DNA from: Mucisphaera calidilacus
GTDB lineage: Bacteria > Planctomycetota > Phycisphaerae > Phycisphaerales > Phycisphaeraceae
DNA length: 32,000 nucleotides
Direction of reading: 5' to 3'
NCBI RefSeq assembly: GCF_007748075.1
Contig: NZ_CP036280.1
Coordinates: forward strand, 900,001 to 932,000
Positions 23,916 to 32,000 of the stretch are shown piece by piece; position 1 is the stretch's first letter, and each line of letters starts with the position of its first letter. Made by a program: the position numbers and the translations under genes. Below the pieces are notes generated by a model that was given only the letters and a program-made list of their open reading frames with translations, did no database searches and was not told the DNA's origin.

Positions 23916-25199
23916 ATGACACAGTCGACGACGGCACCGAGTACCGGCCTGCCGATGAGCGTGCTGCAGGATCAGGATCCTGATGCGTATCGGATTATTT
24001 CGGCGGAGGCGCAGCGTCAGGAGAACACGCTGGAGCTGATCGCGTCGGAGAACCACGTGTCGCAGGCGGTGCTTGCGGCGATGGGTTCGGTGCTGACGAA
24101 CAAGTACGCGGAGGGTTATCCGGGCGCGCGGTATTACGGCGGGTGTCAGTTCCACGACCAGGTGGAGGATCTGGCGCGGGATCGTGCCAAGGAGCTGTTC
24201 GGCTGCAAGTTCGCGAATGTCCAGCCGCACTCGGGCGCGAACGCGAACGTTGGTGCGTTCATGGCGCTGCTGTCGCCGGGTGACACGGTGCTGTCGCTGC
24301 CGATCGATTCGGGCGGTCACCTGTCGCACGGTTTGAAGGTGAACTTTTCGGGTCACTTCTACAACATCGTGGACTACCGGCTGGACCCGGAGTCGGAGCT
24401 GATTGATTACGACCACGTGCGTAGTCAGGCGCTGGAGCACAAGCCGAAGATGATCATCTGCGGTTACTCGGCTTATCCGCGGACGATTGATTTCGCGCGT
24501 TTCCGTGAGATCGCGGACGAGGTGGGGTCGAAGCTGCTGGCGGACATTTCGCACATCTCGGGTCTGGTGGCGGCGGGCGTGCATCCTTCGCCTTTCCCGC
24601 ACGCGCACCTGGTGAGCACGACGACGCACAAGACGCTGCGTGGCCCGCGTGGCGGGCTGCTGCTGACGAATGATGAGGAGGTCGCCAAGAAGGTGGACCG
24701 GCGTATCTTCCCGGGTTCGCAGGGTGGGCCGCTGATGCACATCATTGCTGCGAAGGCGGTGGCGTTCGGCGAGGCGCTGCGTCCGGAGTTCAAGGGCTAC
24801 GCCAAGGCGGTGGTCGAGAATGCGCAGGCGTTGGCGGGTGCGTTGGCGTCGCTGGGTTACCGGCTGGTCTCGGGTGGTACGGACAACCATCTGATGCTGG
24901 TGGATCTGCGGCCGAAGTCGGATGATCTGACTGGCGCGGATGCCGAGCGCTGGCTCGAGTCTGCGGGGATCATCTCGAACAAGAACGGGATCCCGAATGA
25001 TCCGCGTCCGCCGAAGGTGACCTCGGGTCTGCGTCTGGGTTCGCCGGCGCTGACGACGCGCGGCTTTGGTGTTGCGGAGATGAAGCAGGTGGGGCAGTGG
25101 ATCGACGAGGTGCTTGCGTCGAAGGGCGATGAGGCTGTGGCCGATCGCGTGCGTGAGCAGATCGTTGACCTGTGCGGGCAGTTCCCGATGCCTCACTGA
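23916..25199 (+). CDS. glyA: Serine hydroxymethyltransferase
   Basis: [27 protein letters not shown], and the PLP-lysine motif [13 protein letters not shown]. Start at ATG 23916, with GGAGG 5 nt upstream. 427 aa. Confidence 0.93.
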   Translation: MTQSTTAPSTGLPMSVLQDQDPDAYRIISAEAQRQENTLELIASENHVSQAVLAAMGSVLTNKYAEGYPGARYYGGCQFHDQVEDLARDRAKELFGCKFANVQPHSGANANVGAFMALLSPGDTVLSLPIDSGGHLSHGLKVNFSGHFYNIVDYRLDPESELIDYDHVRSQALEHKPKMIICGYSAYPRTIDFARFREIADEVGSKLLADISHISGLVAAGVHPSPFPHAHLVSTTTHKTLRGPRGGLLLTNDEEVAKKVDRRIFPGSQGGPLMHIIAAKAVAFGEALRPEFKGYAKAVVENAQALAGALASLGYRLVSGGTDNHLMLVDLRPKSDDLTGADAERWLESAGIISNKNGIPNDPRPPKVTSGLRLGSPALTTRGFGVAEMKQVGQWIDEVLASKGDEAVADRVREQIVDLCGQFPMPH

Positions 25200-26080
25200 T
25201 CGGCGAGGGTTTTCGTCGCGACGGCGTCGAGTTTGAGCCGGTCGGTGATCTGTGTGGCGATGGTGTGCGCCTCGCTGTCGTCGCGGGCGATGACGTAGAG
25301 GGTGCTGCCCGAGCCGGTGATGTGGACGGGGCGTTCGATGCAGTTTGTGATGCGCTGGTGCTGATCGCGGAGGGCGGGCTGGGCGTGCATGGCGGGGCGT
25401 GCGAGGTCGTTGAAGGGCTGGTCGTGGCCGAGGGGCTGGCTGTTGATGAGGTTGCGGACAGCGGGGAGGTTGACGGCGGCGTTGGGGTTGAGCTGATCGA
25501 AGGTTTTGTAGACGGGTCCGGTGGGAGCGCCGATGCCCGGCCAGATAAGAACGAGTGACAGCGGGTGTGGGTGGGGTGCCGGCGTGAGTTGTTCGCCGTA
25601 GCCGGTCGCGAGGCAGGAGGGGCGGCCCTGGAGTGCGTCGATGAAGAAGGGGACGTCGGAGCCGAGTTGCGCGGCGTGTGACTTGAGGGTTGTGTCGGAG
25701 AGTTTGAGGTCGAGGTATTGATTGGCGGCGACGAGGAGTGTGGCGGCGTTGCCTGAGCCTCCGCCGAGCCCGCCGCCGGGCGGGATGCGTTTTTCGACGG
25801 TGATGCGGAGGGGGTGTTGGTGGCCGGTGTGTTGTGCGAGGAGCAGGAGGGCGCGCCAGGTGAGGTCTTTATCGGAGGGCCAGTCGACGGTGTGTTGGCC
25901 GAGGGCATCGCTGGCGAAGCGGACGTCGAGTGATGGCCGGTCGGCGTGTTCGAGGGTGAGGGTGTCGTGGAACTCGGTGGCGACCATCCAGCTGGCGAGC
26001 GGGTGGTAGCCGTTCGCGTCGGGCGCACCGACAGATAGCGCAAGATTGAGCTTGGCGGGGCTTGCGCGTGTGAGGGTCAC
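25193..26080 (-). CDS. ispE: 4-diphosphocytidyl-2-C-methyl-D-erythritol kinase
   Basis: N-terminal [14 protein letters not shown] motif and GHMP-kinase loop [17 protein letters not shown] start at 26080, 6 nt after the TetR stop. It overlaps the glyA 3' end by 7 nt (convergent). Confidence 0.88.
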   Translation of the reverse strand: MTLTRASPAKLNLALSVGAPDANGYHPLASWMVATEFHDTLTLEHADRPSLDVRFASDALGQHTVDWPSDKDLTWRALLLLAQHTGHQHPLRITVEKRIPPGGGLGGGSGNAATLLVAANQYLDLKLSDTTLKSHAAQLGSDVPFFIDALQGRPSCLATGYGEQLTPAPHPHPLSLVLIWPGIGAPTGPVYKTFDQLNPNAAVNLPAVRNLINSQPLGHDQPFNDLARPAMHAQPALRDQHQRITNCIERPVHITGSGSTLYVIARDDSEAHTIATQITDRLKLDAVATKTLADQ

Positions 26081-26086
26081 CGTGGG

Positions 26087-26788
26087 TCAGCCGACCTGTG
26101 CTTCGCTGGCTGCGGGCGCGGCGTCGACGACGACGGGCGACTTGGGCAGCATGACGGGGCGTGAGGCGGGTTCGACGCCCATGCGGCGTAGGACACGGCC
26201 GGCGAGGTCGTGCTGCTTGATGCCGATCATGAGTCCGCCATGGATGGTGCACCAGGCTTCGTCGATCTGGTCGGCGGAGGCGTCGGTCTGCTGGGCCCAG
26301 GTGGCTAGGATCTGCTCGATGATGGCGGGCAGGGGGCGTTCGGCCTGGGTGTCGCTGAGGCTGGCGAGCCAGAACATGAGCCGGTACTGCTCGGGCTCGC
26401 TGGCGGCGAGTTCGATGTACTTCTCGACGGCGGCCGGGAGTGTCTGCGGGTTGGCGGAAAGCTCGATCACAGGTTGAAACCGGCGTTGGGTGACGGCGGC
26501 GAGGAGGTCGCGTTTGTCTTTGAAGTAGCGGTAGATGGATCCGACGGCGCAGCCGAGCTGCGAGGCGATCTTGCGGATCGTGGTTCCGTCGTAACCGAGT
26601 TCACTCAGGCAGATCTGTGTGGCGTCGAGGATCTGATCACGGCTCAGCGGGGTTCGCTGGCGTGTCTTGGTTTCGTCGGAAGCCTGAGGGGCGTTGTCGT
26701 TGTTAGTCTTTGTTGGATCGTCGTTTAGATTCGATTCAACAACAACGGGTCGTTCTGGCAGGTGCCAGGGTTTAGCAGCAGTGTTCAT
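26087..26788 (-). CDS. TetR/AcrR-family transcriptional regulator
   Basis: HTH region SRDQILDATQICLSELGYDGTTIRKIASQLGCAVGSIYRYFKDKRDLL. Start chosen at ATG 26788 (MNTAAK...) because GGAGG (26797-26801) lies 8 nt upstream. It has a low-GC N-terminal tail of about 45 aa before the HTH. Confidence 0.8.
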   Translation of the reverse strand: MNTAAKPWHLPERPVVVESNLNDDPTKTNNDNAPQASDETKTRQRTPLSRDQILDATQICLSELGYDGTTIRKIASQLGCAVGSIYRYFKDKRDLLAAVTQRRFQPVIELSANPQTLPAAVEKYIELAASEPEQYRLMFWLASLSDTQAERPLPAIIEQILATWAQQTDASADQIDEAWCTIHGGLMIGIKQHDLAGRVLRRMGVEPASRPVMLPKSPVVVDAAPAASEAQVG

Positions 26789-26815
26789 TTTGTTCACCTC
26801 CATGCGAACCTCGTC

Positions 26816-26844
26816 AGTCTGGACGCAGATGGGGCTGGTGTCAA
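26816..26844 (-). promoter_or_regulatory. Candidate promoter of the tetR-ispE unit
   Basis: On the minus strand: TTGACA (26844-26839), 17 nt, CAGACT (26821-26816). The -10 element is weak. Confidence 0.3.
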
Positions 26845-26971
26845 CCGTGATCGGCCCTGAATACGAGGTGAGTAGGGTTCATGTTGTCGCTTTCTTCCCT
26901 GCAAAGGGCGATAACTCGCATAGCTTAGGGCAGACGGGCGAAGGTTGCTAGGCCGGTGTTTGTGAGTTTCG

Positions 26972-28663
26972 TCAGGCGTCGGTGACGCAGCCCTGGGAGG
27001 CGTTTTTGACGGTCTTGATGTACTTCCAGAGGGTTCCGCGGCTGGCCTTGTAGGGGGGCTGGTGCCAGGCGGTTTTGCGTGAGGCGAGTTCATCGTCGGT
27101 GAGGTCGACGGAGATGGTGTGGGTTTCGTCGTCGATGGTGATGCTGTCGCCGTCGTTGACGAGGGCGATGGGTCCGCCTTCCTGGGCCTCGGGGACGACG
27201 TGTCCGACGATGAAGCCGTGGGAGCCGCCTGAGAAGCGTCCGTCGGTGATGAGAGCGACGTCGTCGAGGAAGCCTGCTCCGGCGAGTGCGGAGGTGGGCG
27301 TGAGCATCTCGGGCATGCCGGGGCCGCCGGTGGGTCCCTCGTAGCGGATGACGATCACGTCGCCTGACTGGATTTTTCCGGCTTCGAGACCGGCGATCAT
27401 GTCTTCTTCGGAGTCGAAGACGCGTGCGGGTCCGGTGAACTTGAGTCCCTGCTTGCCGGTGATCTTGCCGACGGCGCCTTCGGGGGCGAGGTTGCCGCGG
27501 AGGATGGAGATGTGTCCGCGGGGTTTGAGGGGCTTGCTGACGGGGTGGATGATGTCCTGGTCGTCGGGCAGTCCGGGGAGGTCGGCGAGGTTCTCGGCGA
27601 GTGTTTTTCCGGTGACGGTCATGCAGGAGCCGTCGATGAGACCTTCGGCGAGGAGGTATTTCATGACGGCGGGGACGCCGCCGATCTTGTGGACGTCTTC
27701 CATGACGTACTTGCCGGAGGGTTTGAGGTCGGCGAGGAGGGGGATGCGGTTGCTGACGGCGAGGAAGTCGTCGATGGTGAGTGGGACGTCGACGGAGCTG
27801 GCGATGGCGATGAGGTGGAGGACGGCGTTGGTGGATCCGCCCATGGCGGTGGCGACGACCATGGCGTTTTCGAAGGCGGCGCGAGTCATGATGTCGCGTG
27901 GCTTGATGTCGTTTTCGAGGCAGGTGCGGATGGCTTTTCCGGCGCGTCGGCACTCGTCGATTTTGCCCTGGTCTTCGGCGGGTGTGGAGGAGGAGTAGGG
28001 GAGGCTCATGCCGAGGGCTTCGATGGCGGCGGCCATGGTGTTGGCGGTGTACATGCCGCCGCAGGCGCCGGCGCCGGGGCAGGATTTTCGGACGATGGTC
28101 TGTCGTTCTTCCTCGGTGATGGATCCGGCGATGGCCTGCCCGTAGCTCTGGAAGGCGGAGACGACGTCGAGGGTTTCGTCCTTGCCCTTGATGGAGGCGC
28201 AGCCGGGCTTGATGGTTCCGCCGTAGACCATGATGCCGGGACGGTTGAGTCGTCCCATGGCGATGATGCAGCCGGGCATGTTCTTGTCGCATCCGGGGAG
28301 CGCGATGACGGCGTCGTACCACTGTGCGCCCATGACGGTCTCGATAGAGTCGGCGATGAGGTCGCGAGACTGGAGTGAGAAGGACATGCCGTCGGTGCCC
28401 ATGGAGATGCCGTCGGAGACGCCGATGGTGTTGAATCGGAGCCCGATCATGCCGGCGTCGTTGACGCCTGTCTTGACCTCGCCGGCGAGGTCGAGGAGGT
28501 GCATGTTGCAGGGGTTTCCCTCGTACCAGACGCTGGCGATGCCGATCTGGGGCTTGTCCATGTCCAGCTCGGTCATGCCGGTGGCGAAGAGCATGGCCTG
28601 TGAGGCACCCTGGCTGCGGGGCTGCGTGATGCGTGAGGAATACGGGTTGAGCGTTTTGGGCAC
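26972..28663 (-). CDS. ilvD: Dihydroxy-acid dehydratase
   Basis: [44 protein letters not shown], and 563 aa. GTG start at 28663, with AGGAG 8 nt upstream. Confidence 0.93.
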   Translation of the reverse strand: MPKTLNPYSSRITQPRSQGASQAMLFATGMTELDMDKPQIGIASVWYEGNPCNMHLLDLAGEVKTGVNDAGMIGLRFNTIGVSDGISMGTDGMSFSLQSRDLIADSIETVMGAQWYDAVIALPGCDKNMPGCIIAMGRLNRPGIMVYGGTIKPGCASIKGKDETLDVVSAFQSYGQAIAGSITEEERQTIVRKSCPGAGACGGMYTANTMAAAIEALGMSLPYSSSTPAEDQGKIDECRRAGKAIRTCLENDIKPRDIMTRAAFENAMVVATAMGGSTNAVLHLIAIASSVDVPLTIDDFLAVSNRIPLLADLKPSGKYVMEDVHKIGGVPAVMKYLLAEGLIDGSCMTVTGKTLAENLADLPGLPDDQDIIHPVSKPLKPRGHISILRGNLAPEGAVGKITGKQGLKFTGPARVFDSEEDMIAGLEAGKIQSGDVIVIRYEGPTGGPGMPEMLTPTSALAGAGFLDDVALITDGRFSGGSHGFIVGHVVPEAQEGGPIALVNDGDSITIDDETHTISVDLTDDELASRKTAWHQPPYKASRGTLWKYIKTVKNASQGCVTDA

Positions 28664-28711
28664 GGGGTCACTCCTGGGAATGTCGGAGGGAAGATTGTAG
28701 GGAGAATCGCG

Positions 28712-29392
28712 TCAGCCCATCGGGCGTCGGGTGGGGTTGATGAGCATGTTGTCGTGGCCGGGGATGATGACATCGGCGATCTCGATGGCCTCGGCGAGGG
28801 ATTCGCGGGCCTGTTCGATGTTGAAGGCGGCTCGCTGGACGCGTCCCTGTTCGAGGTGTTCGGCGGAGGCGACGGCGTCGCCGGCGACGAGGATGGTGGT
28901 GCTGGTGAGGGGCAGGAGGAGGCCGCAGGTGCCGGGCGTGTAGCCGGGCAGGGGGAAGAGGTCGACCCTGGGTGCGACCTGATCGGGGGCGGCCTCGAAT
29001 CTCTGGAGCAGGGCGATTTCCTGCCGGAGTGTTTCGCGGGTCTGGTCGTCGGGTGCCTCCTGGAACTGCTGGACGAGGAGGTTGCCGACGGCCTCGCGTT
29101 CGGCCTCGGCGATGAGCCATTTGGCGTTGGGGAAGGCGAGGAGGCCCCAGCGGTGGGCGGGTCGGAAGTTGGTGAGGAAGACGTCGGAGATATCGGCGGG
29201 TGTGAGTCCGGATCGCTCGGCGAGTCGTGCGGTGATGACCTCGGGGGGCAGGCCGGGGTCGACGAGGATCGTGCGGTTCTCGGTGCGGATGAGGGTGCAG
29301 GTGGCGTGGGGTGTGCGTGCCGGTCCCTGCTGCTTCCAGAGTTCGTGGACGCTGAGGGCGCCGATGCTGATGATGCGGTACTCGAAGGTCAT
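28712..29392 (-). CDS. Metallo-beta-lactamase-fold protein with degenerate metal-binding motifs
   Basis: MBL-like order of motifs: ILVDPG, then VFLTNFRPAH where HxHxDH is expected, LPGYTPG where GHTPG is expected, then VAGD and IIPGHD. 226 aa. It is coupled to the upstream ORF (TAG-CCC-ATG). Confidence 0.6.
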   Translation of the reverse strand: MTFEYRIISIGALSVHELWKQQGPARTPHATCTLIRTENRTILVDPGLPPEVITARLAERSGLTPADISDVFLTNFRPAHRWGLLAFPNAKWLIAEAEREAVGNLLVQQFQEAPDDQTRETLRQEIALLQRFEAAPDQVAPRVDLFPLPGYTPGTCGLLLPLTSTTILVAGDAVASAEHLEQGRVQRAAFNIEQARESLAEAIEIADVIIPGHDNMLINPTRRPMG

Positions 29393-29395
29393 GGG

Positions 29396-30055
29396 CTACT
29401 GGTTTATGGGGGGTGAAGGGGGGATGAGGACGTGGACGGCGGTGACTTCAGCGCGCTGTTTGAGGGCTTCGAGTTCGAGCTCGGTGCGGTAGATGTCCTT
29501 GCGAAGCTGGGTGCGGAATTCGGGGAGGGGGTCTTCGATCTGGGCTGCGACGGCCTGCGTGAGGAGGTTTCCCTCTTCGTCGGGTGTGAGTTGCTCGAGG
29601 TGCTTGCGGCAGACAGCGAGTCTGGCTTCGAGTTCAGCCTGCTGGCGAGCGATGTCGGATGCGTGCTGCTTGTTGAGTATGTCGGTGACGATCGCGATGT
29701 GTTGTAATACAACTGTGTTTATTGCGGATCGAAACACAGGGTTTTCGGTCGAGACCACGATGCGGATGAGATTCGTCTGATAGCTGGTTCTTCCGTCTTT
29801 GTACTCGATGCGTTCGGCAACGATGTGTCCGTCGAAGTCAGTGCCTACGTCTTCGACAACCACTGCTCGAGCGGTCGCGGCGATGGCGGGTTCGTTGAGG
29901 ATCACCAGCGCGGTCAATAAGGCGTTCGGGCTGTCGTCGATGAGTTTGATGATGCTGACGGATTCCCAGCGTTTGTCCTGGGCTTGTGCCTGCAGGGCTG
30001 TTGATGAGGCCAGGAGAGCGAGGATTGCTGTGAAGCTGATCAGAAGACGTTGCAT
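29396..30055 (-). CDS. Secreted hypothetical protein with a C-terminal coiled-coil-like region
   Basis: Signal peptide MQRLLISFTAILALLASSTALQAQA. The C-terminal half is rich in heptad-like E/L/Q/R (ARQQAELEARLAVCRKHLEQL...ELELEALKQRAE). No assignable family. It contains a lower-GC patch at 29700-29800. Confidence 0.55.
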   Translation of the reverse strand: MQRLLISFTAILALLASSTALQAQAQDKRWESVSIIKLIDDSPNALLTALVILNEPAIAATARAVVVEDVGTDFDGHIVAERIEYKDGRTSYQTNLIRIVVSTENPVFRSAINTVVLQHIAIVTDILNKQHASDIARQQAELEARLAVCRKHLEQLTPDEEGNLLTQAVAAQIEDPLPEFRTQLRKDIYRTELELEALKQRAEVTAVHVLIPPSPPINQ

Positions 30056-30082
30056 GGCTGATCTCCGGAAGGGTTGGGGGTG

Positions 30083-30631
30083 TCATTCCTTGAAGTGGTC
30101 GACGTGTGCCCAGGGGAGGTTGCCGCCGTTCTCCCGTTTTTTCTGCTTGAGTTTCTCGATGACGATGTGGGGCAGGAGCTGGTGGAGTCGGTCGATCTCG
30201 CCGCCTGCCGCGATCTGCTTGATGAGTGTGGAGCTGGTGAAGGCGTAGTGTTCGCCTGTCATGATGAAGACGGTCTCGATGCTGGTGAGTGCGCGGTTGG
30301 TGAGTGCGAGCTGGAACTCGAAGTTGAGGTCGGTGACGTTGCGGAGTCCTCGGACGATGGCGTTGGCCTTGATGGACTTGGCGTAGTCGATGGTGAGACC
30401 TTCGAAGCGGTCGACCTCGACGTTGGGGAGGTCGGAGACGAGTTCCTCGATGATGGCGACGCGTTCGACGGAGGGGAAGATGGATTTCTTGGCGGGGTTT
30501 CGAGCGACGGCGACGATGAGGCGGTCGAAGAGGGGGCAGGCGCGTCGGATGATGTCGAGGTGTCCGCTGGTGATGGGGTCGAAGGTGCCGGGGAAGAGGG
30601 CGGTCTTGGGGTGGTGGGGGTAGTCGGTCAT
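30083..30631 (-). CDS. coaD: Pantetheine-phosphate adenylyltransferase
   Basis: PGTFDPITSGHLDII (T/HxGH nucleotidyltransferase motif), IVRGLR, and SSTLIKQI (the usual coaD SSSxxR element is degenerate here). 182 aa, with a basic C-terminal extension of about 20 aa. Confidence 0.9.
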   Translation of the reverse strand: MTDYPHHPKTALFPGTFDPITSGHLDIIRRACPLFDRLIVAVARNPAKKSIFPSVERVAIIEELVSDLPNVEVDRFEGLTIDYAKSIKANAIVRGLRNVTDLNFEFQLALTNRALTSIETVFIMTGEHYAFTSSTLIKQIAAGGEIDRLHQLLPHIVIEKLKQKKRENGGNLPWAHVDHFKE

Positions 30632-30642
30632 GGGAGGAACAG

Positions 30643-30671
30643 TTTAGCAGGGGCGTGGTGAGCCGATAGAA
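30643..30671 (+). promoter_or_regulatory. Candidate promoter of tRNA-Leu
   Basis: TTTAGC (30643-30648), 17 nt, TAGAAT (30666-30671). The mature tRNA 5' end is 11 nt downstream of the -10 box. Confidence 0.3.
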
Positions 30672-30681
30672 TAAGGGTCGC

Positions 30682-30765
30682 CGCGGGTGTGGCGGAACTG
30701 GCAGACGCGCGAGATTTAGGTTCTCGTGGGATAAAACCCGTGCAGGTTCGATTCCTGTCACCCGC
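30682..30765 (+). tRNA. tRNA-Leu (anticodon UAG), class II with long variable arm, CCA not encoded
   Basis: Hand fold: acceptor GCGGGTG/CACCCGC plus discriminator A. Anticodon stem CGAGA/TCTCG with loop TTTAGGT, giving anticodon TAG. Variable arm GGG-ATAAAA-CCC. T arm GCAGG-TTCGATT-CCTGT. Confidence 0.9.
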
Positions 30766-30797
30766 ATTGTTGACGCTTTGAATGAAGGGCTGTTTTG

Positions 30798-31649
30798 ATG
30801 AACCGACGCCGATTCCTGCGGGTCTTGTTGTCGTTTGTGCTGGTGGTGGTGCTGCCTGGGTCTCTGGCTGCGGAGCCGGTGCGGGTGTTGTTCGTGGGGA
30901 ACAGCTACACGTATTTCAACAATCTGCCGGAGCAGGTTCGTCAGATGGCGGCGTCGCGTGGGATCGAGGTGGAAGTTCATCGCGCGTTGCACGGGGGTTA
31001 TTCGTTCGAGCGGCATTGTGTGGAGGAGGATGGTTCGCCTGGGGATGCGTGGGCTCGGATTGCTGAGGGCGGCTGGGACGTCATTGTGATGCAGGAGATG
31101 AGCACGGGGACGCTCTGGGATCGGCGGCCGCGTTTTTTTGAGTATGGCGAGAAGCTGGTGGGTCATGTGCGGGCGCACGAGGAGGCGGAGGATCCGGCGA
31201 GGATCGTGCTGTACATGACATGGGCACGTCGGTGGATGCCCGAGACGCAGCCGTGGATCACGCAGGGGTATTCGGAGCTGGCGACGGAGTTGGGTCTGGA
31301 GGTGGCGCCGGTGGGTTTGGCGTGGGAGCGCAGCCGTGTGGAGCGGCCGGATCTGGAGTTGTTCGATCCGGACCAGACGCACCCGGGGCCGAGCGGTTCG
31401 TATCTGGGGGCGTGTGTGTTCTTCCAGGTGATGTTCGACGAGCGTCCGGTGGGGTTGCCGCGGCGGATGGAGGGGAAGAAGTGGCAGCCGAAGGACGGTC
31501 TGCCGACGCTGGTGGATCTGAGCGCGGAGGATGCGAGGTATTTTCAGCGTCTGGCGGAGGAGGTTGTGGGGTCGTACGACCCTTCGGAGCACGTGGGTGA
31601 TCTGGGCGAGGCTCCGCCCTGGCGTAACCCGCCGAAGCGGCCGGAGTGA
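30798..31649 (+). CDS. Exported SGNH/GDSL-type hydrolase
   Basis: Twin-arginine-like signal MNRRRFLRVLLSFVLVVVLPGSLAA. Block I is VLFVGNSYT (nucleophile Ser) and block V is DQTHPGPSG (D-x-x-H). ATG at 30798 is preferred to the TTG at 30795. Confidence 0.7.
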   Translation: MNRRRFLRVLLSFVLVVVLPGSLAAEPVRVLFVGNSYTYFNNLPEQVRQMAASRGIEVEVHRALHGGYSFERHCVEEDGSPGDAWARIAEGGWDVIVMQEMSTGTLWDRRPRFFEYGEKLVGHVRAHEEAEDPARIVLYMTWARRWMPETQPWITQGYSELATELGLEVAPVGLAWERSRVERPDLELFDPDQTHPGPSGSYLGACVFFQVMFDERPVGLPRRMEGKKWQPKDGLPTLVDLSAEDARYFQRLAEEVVGSYDPSEHVGDLGEAPPWRNPPKRPE

Positions 31650-31682
31650 TGTGAGGAACGTGCAGGTTGTTCGGGGTTCGAC

Positions 31683-31710
31683 TTGACGCGGGGTCGTGGG
31701 CGGTCATACT
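31683..31710 (+). promoter_or_regulatory. Sigma-70-like promoter positioned for a leaderless mini-ORF transcript
   Basis: TTGACG (31683-31688), 16 nt, CATACT (31705-31710), 6 nt, then ATG at 31717. Confidence 0.4.
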
Positions 31711-31716
31711 TCGGGC

Positions 31717-31788
31717 ATGGACATGGTCTTTAGCTGGTTTTTTGGCTATTGGTTTACGCGGCGAGCGGCCGTGGCGGTGTCCATCTAA
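31717..31788 (+). CDS. Candidate 23-aa leader peptide MDMVFSWFFGYWFTRRAAVAVSI (aromatic-rich)
   Basis: ATG...TAA is read directly from the sequence. Seven of nine consecutive codons (31729-31755) are Phe/Trp/Tyr. The ORF sits between a promoter and an intrinsic terminator. It is too short for composition-based coding evidence. Confidence 0.45.
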   Translation: MDMVFSWFFGYWFTRRAAVAVSI

Positions 31789-31816
31789 CCCTTGATTGAT
31801 TTAAGGCATTGACGGA

Positions 31817-31846
31817 CCCCGACGCGGCTGAGCGTCGGGGTTTTTT
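31817..31846 (+). terminator. Strong intrinsic terminator (proposed attenuator terminator)
   Basis: CCCCGACGC (31817-31825), loop GGCTGA, GCGTCGGGG (31832-31840), then TTTTTT (31841-31846). Confidence 0.8.
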
Positions 31847-31968
31847 GTTGTCATTGGGCCTGGCGTTCAGGTTCAAAGCCCCGACGAGTCTGATTCTGCC
31901 GATAGAGGTACTTCGTTGGCAGATCGGTCAGCCCCGGCTGGAAAGCCTGAAAGCAGAAGGAAACGGCC

Positions 31969-32000
31969 ATGATCATTGTGATGCGTGCGGGAGCCCGTCA
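31969..32000 (+). CDS. 5' end of a gene truncated by the window edge; the N-terminus resembles class I-beta DAHP synthases with an N-terminal regulatory domain
   Basis: AAGGAA is followed by ATG at 31969, and the translation is MIIVMRAGAR... Only 10 residues are visible. The resemblance to MIVVLKPG-type DAHP synthase N-termini is from memory and is weak evidence. Confidence 0.3.
   Translation, partial: MIIVMRAGAR

Noticed and set aside
30632-30800. tRNA-Leu as an integration hotspot with an adjacent island.
   Set aside because: There is no integrase, no partial tRNA 3'-end duplication, and no compositional shift in the flanking SGNH-hydrolase or coaD genes.
1-32000. A search for CRISPR arrays, rRNA, transposases/IS ends, phage genes, and classic defence genes (restriction, Cas, retron RT, and similar).
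   Set aside because: No regularly spaced short repeats, no rRNA-like conserved blocks, and no ORFs with transposase, integrase, nuclease or RT motifs were recognised. The only repeats are the 188-bp pair and the two 19-bp palindromes reported above.

Overview
High-GC bacterial chromosomal segment. Hand counts of typical 60-nt lines give about 63% GC. All protein family calls come from motif recognition in the supplied translations, because no database search was possible. The giant secreted PQQ-like repeat protein, the HDOD-GGDEF protein and the many membrane-anchored hypotheticals suggest a PVC/Planctomycetota-like organism, but this is inference only.

Most of the window is housekeeping: sulfite/nitrite reductase, ugd, a PfkB kinase, an EVE protein, gltX and glnS (divergent), a PA0069-type radical SAM, clpC, an HDOD-GGDEF cyclase, asd, glyA, ispE behind a TetR gene, ilvD, coaD and tRNA-Leu(UAG). 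The many long antisense ORFs in the track are high-GC artefacts.

The regions that stand out are:
1. 31683-31971: a promoter placed for a leaderless transcript, a 23-codon ORF with 7 of 9 consecutive Phe/Trp/Tyr codons, a hand-foldable antiterminator/terminator switch, and a downstream gene starting MIIVMRAGAR. Together these look like an aromatic-amino-acid attenuator.
2. 643-2288: two copies (about 96% identical) of a 188-bp G-rich structured element. They lie exactly 1458 bp apart and bracket a roughly 47% GC two-gene insertion.
3. 7793-8107: an in-frame insertion of about 95 codons at about 45% GC, immediately after the KMSKS loop of gltX.
4. 10535-12085: a DUF1778/GNAT (TacAT-like) toxin-antitoxin pair followed by a second GNAT gene. 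Two GTACG-N9-CGTAC palindromes sit in the divergent promoter region.

No CRISPR array, transposase, integrase or rRNA was seen.
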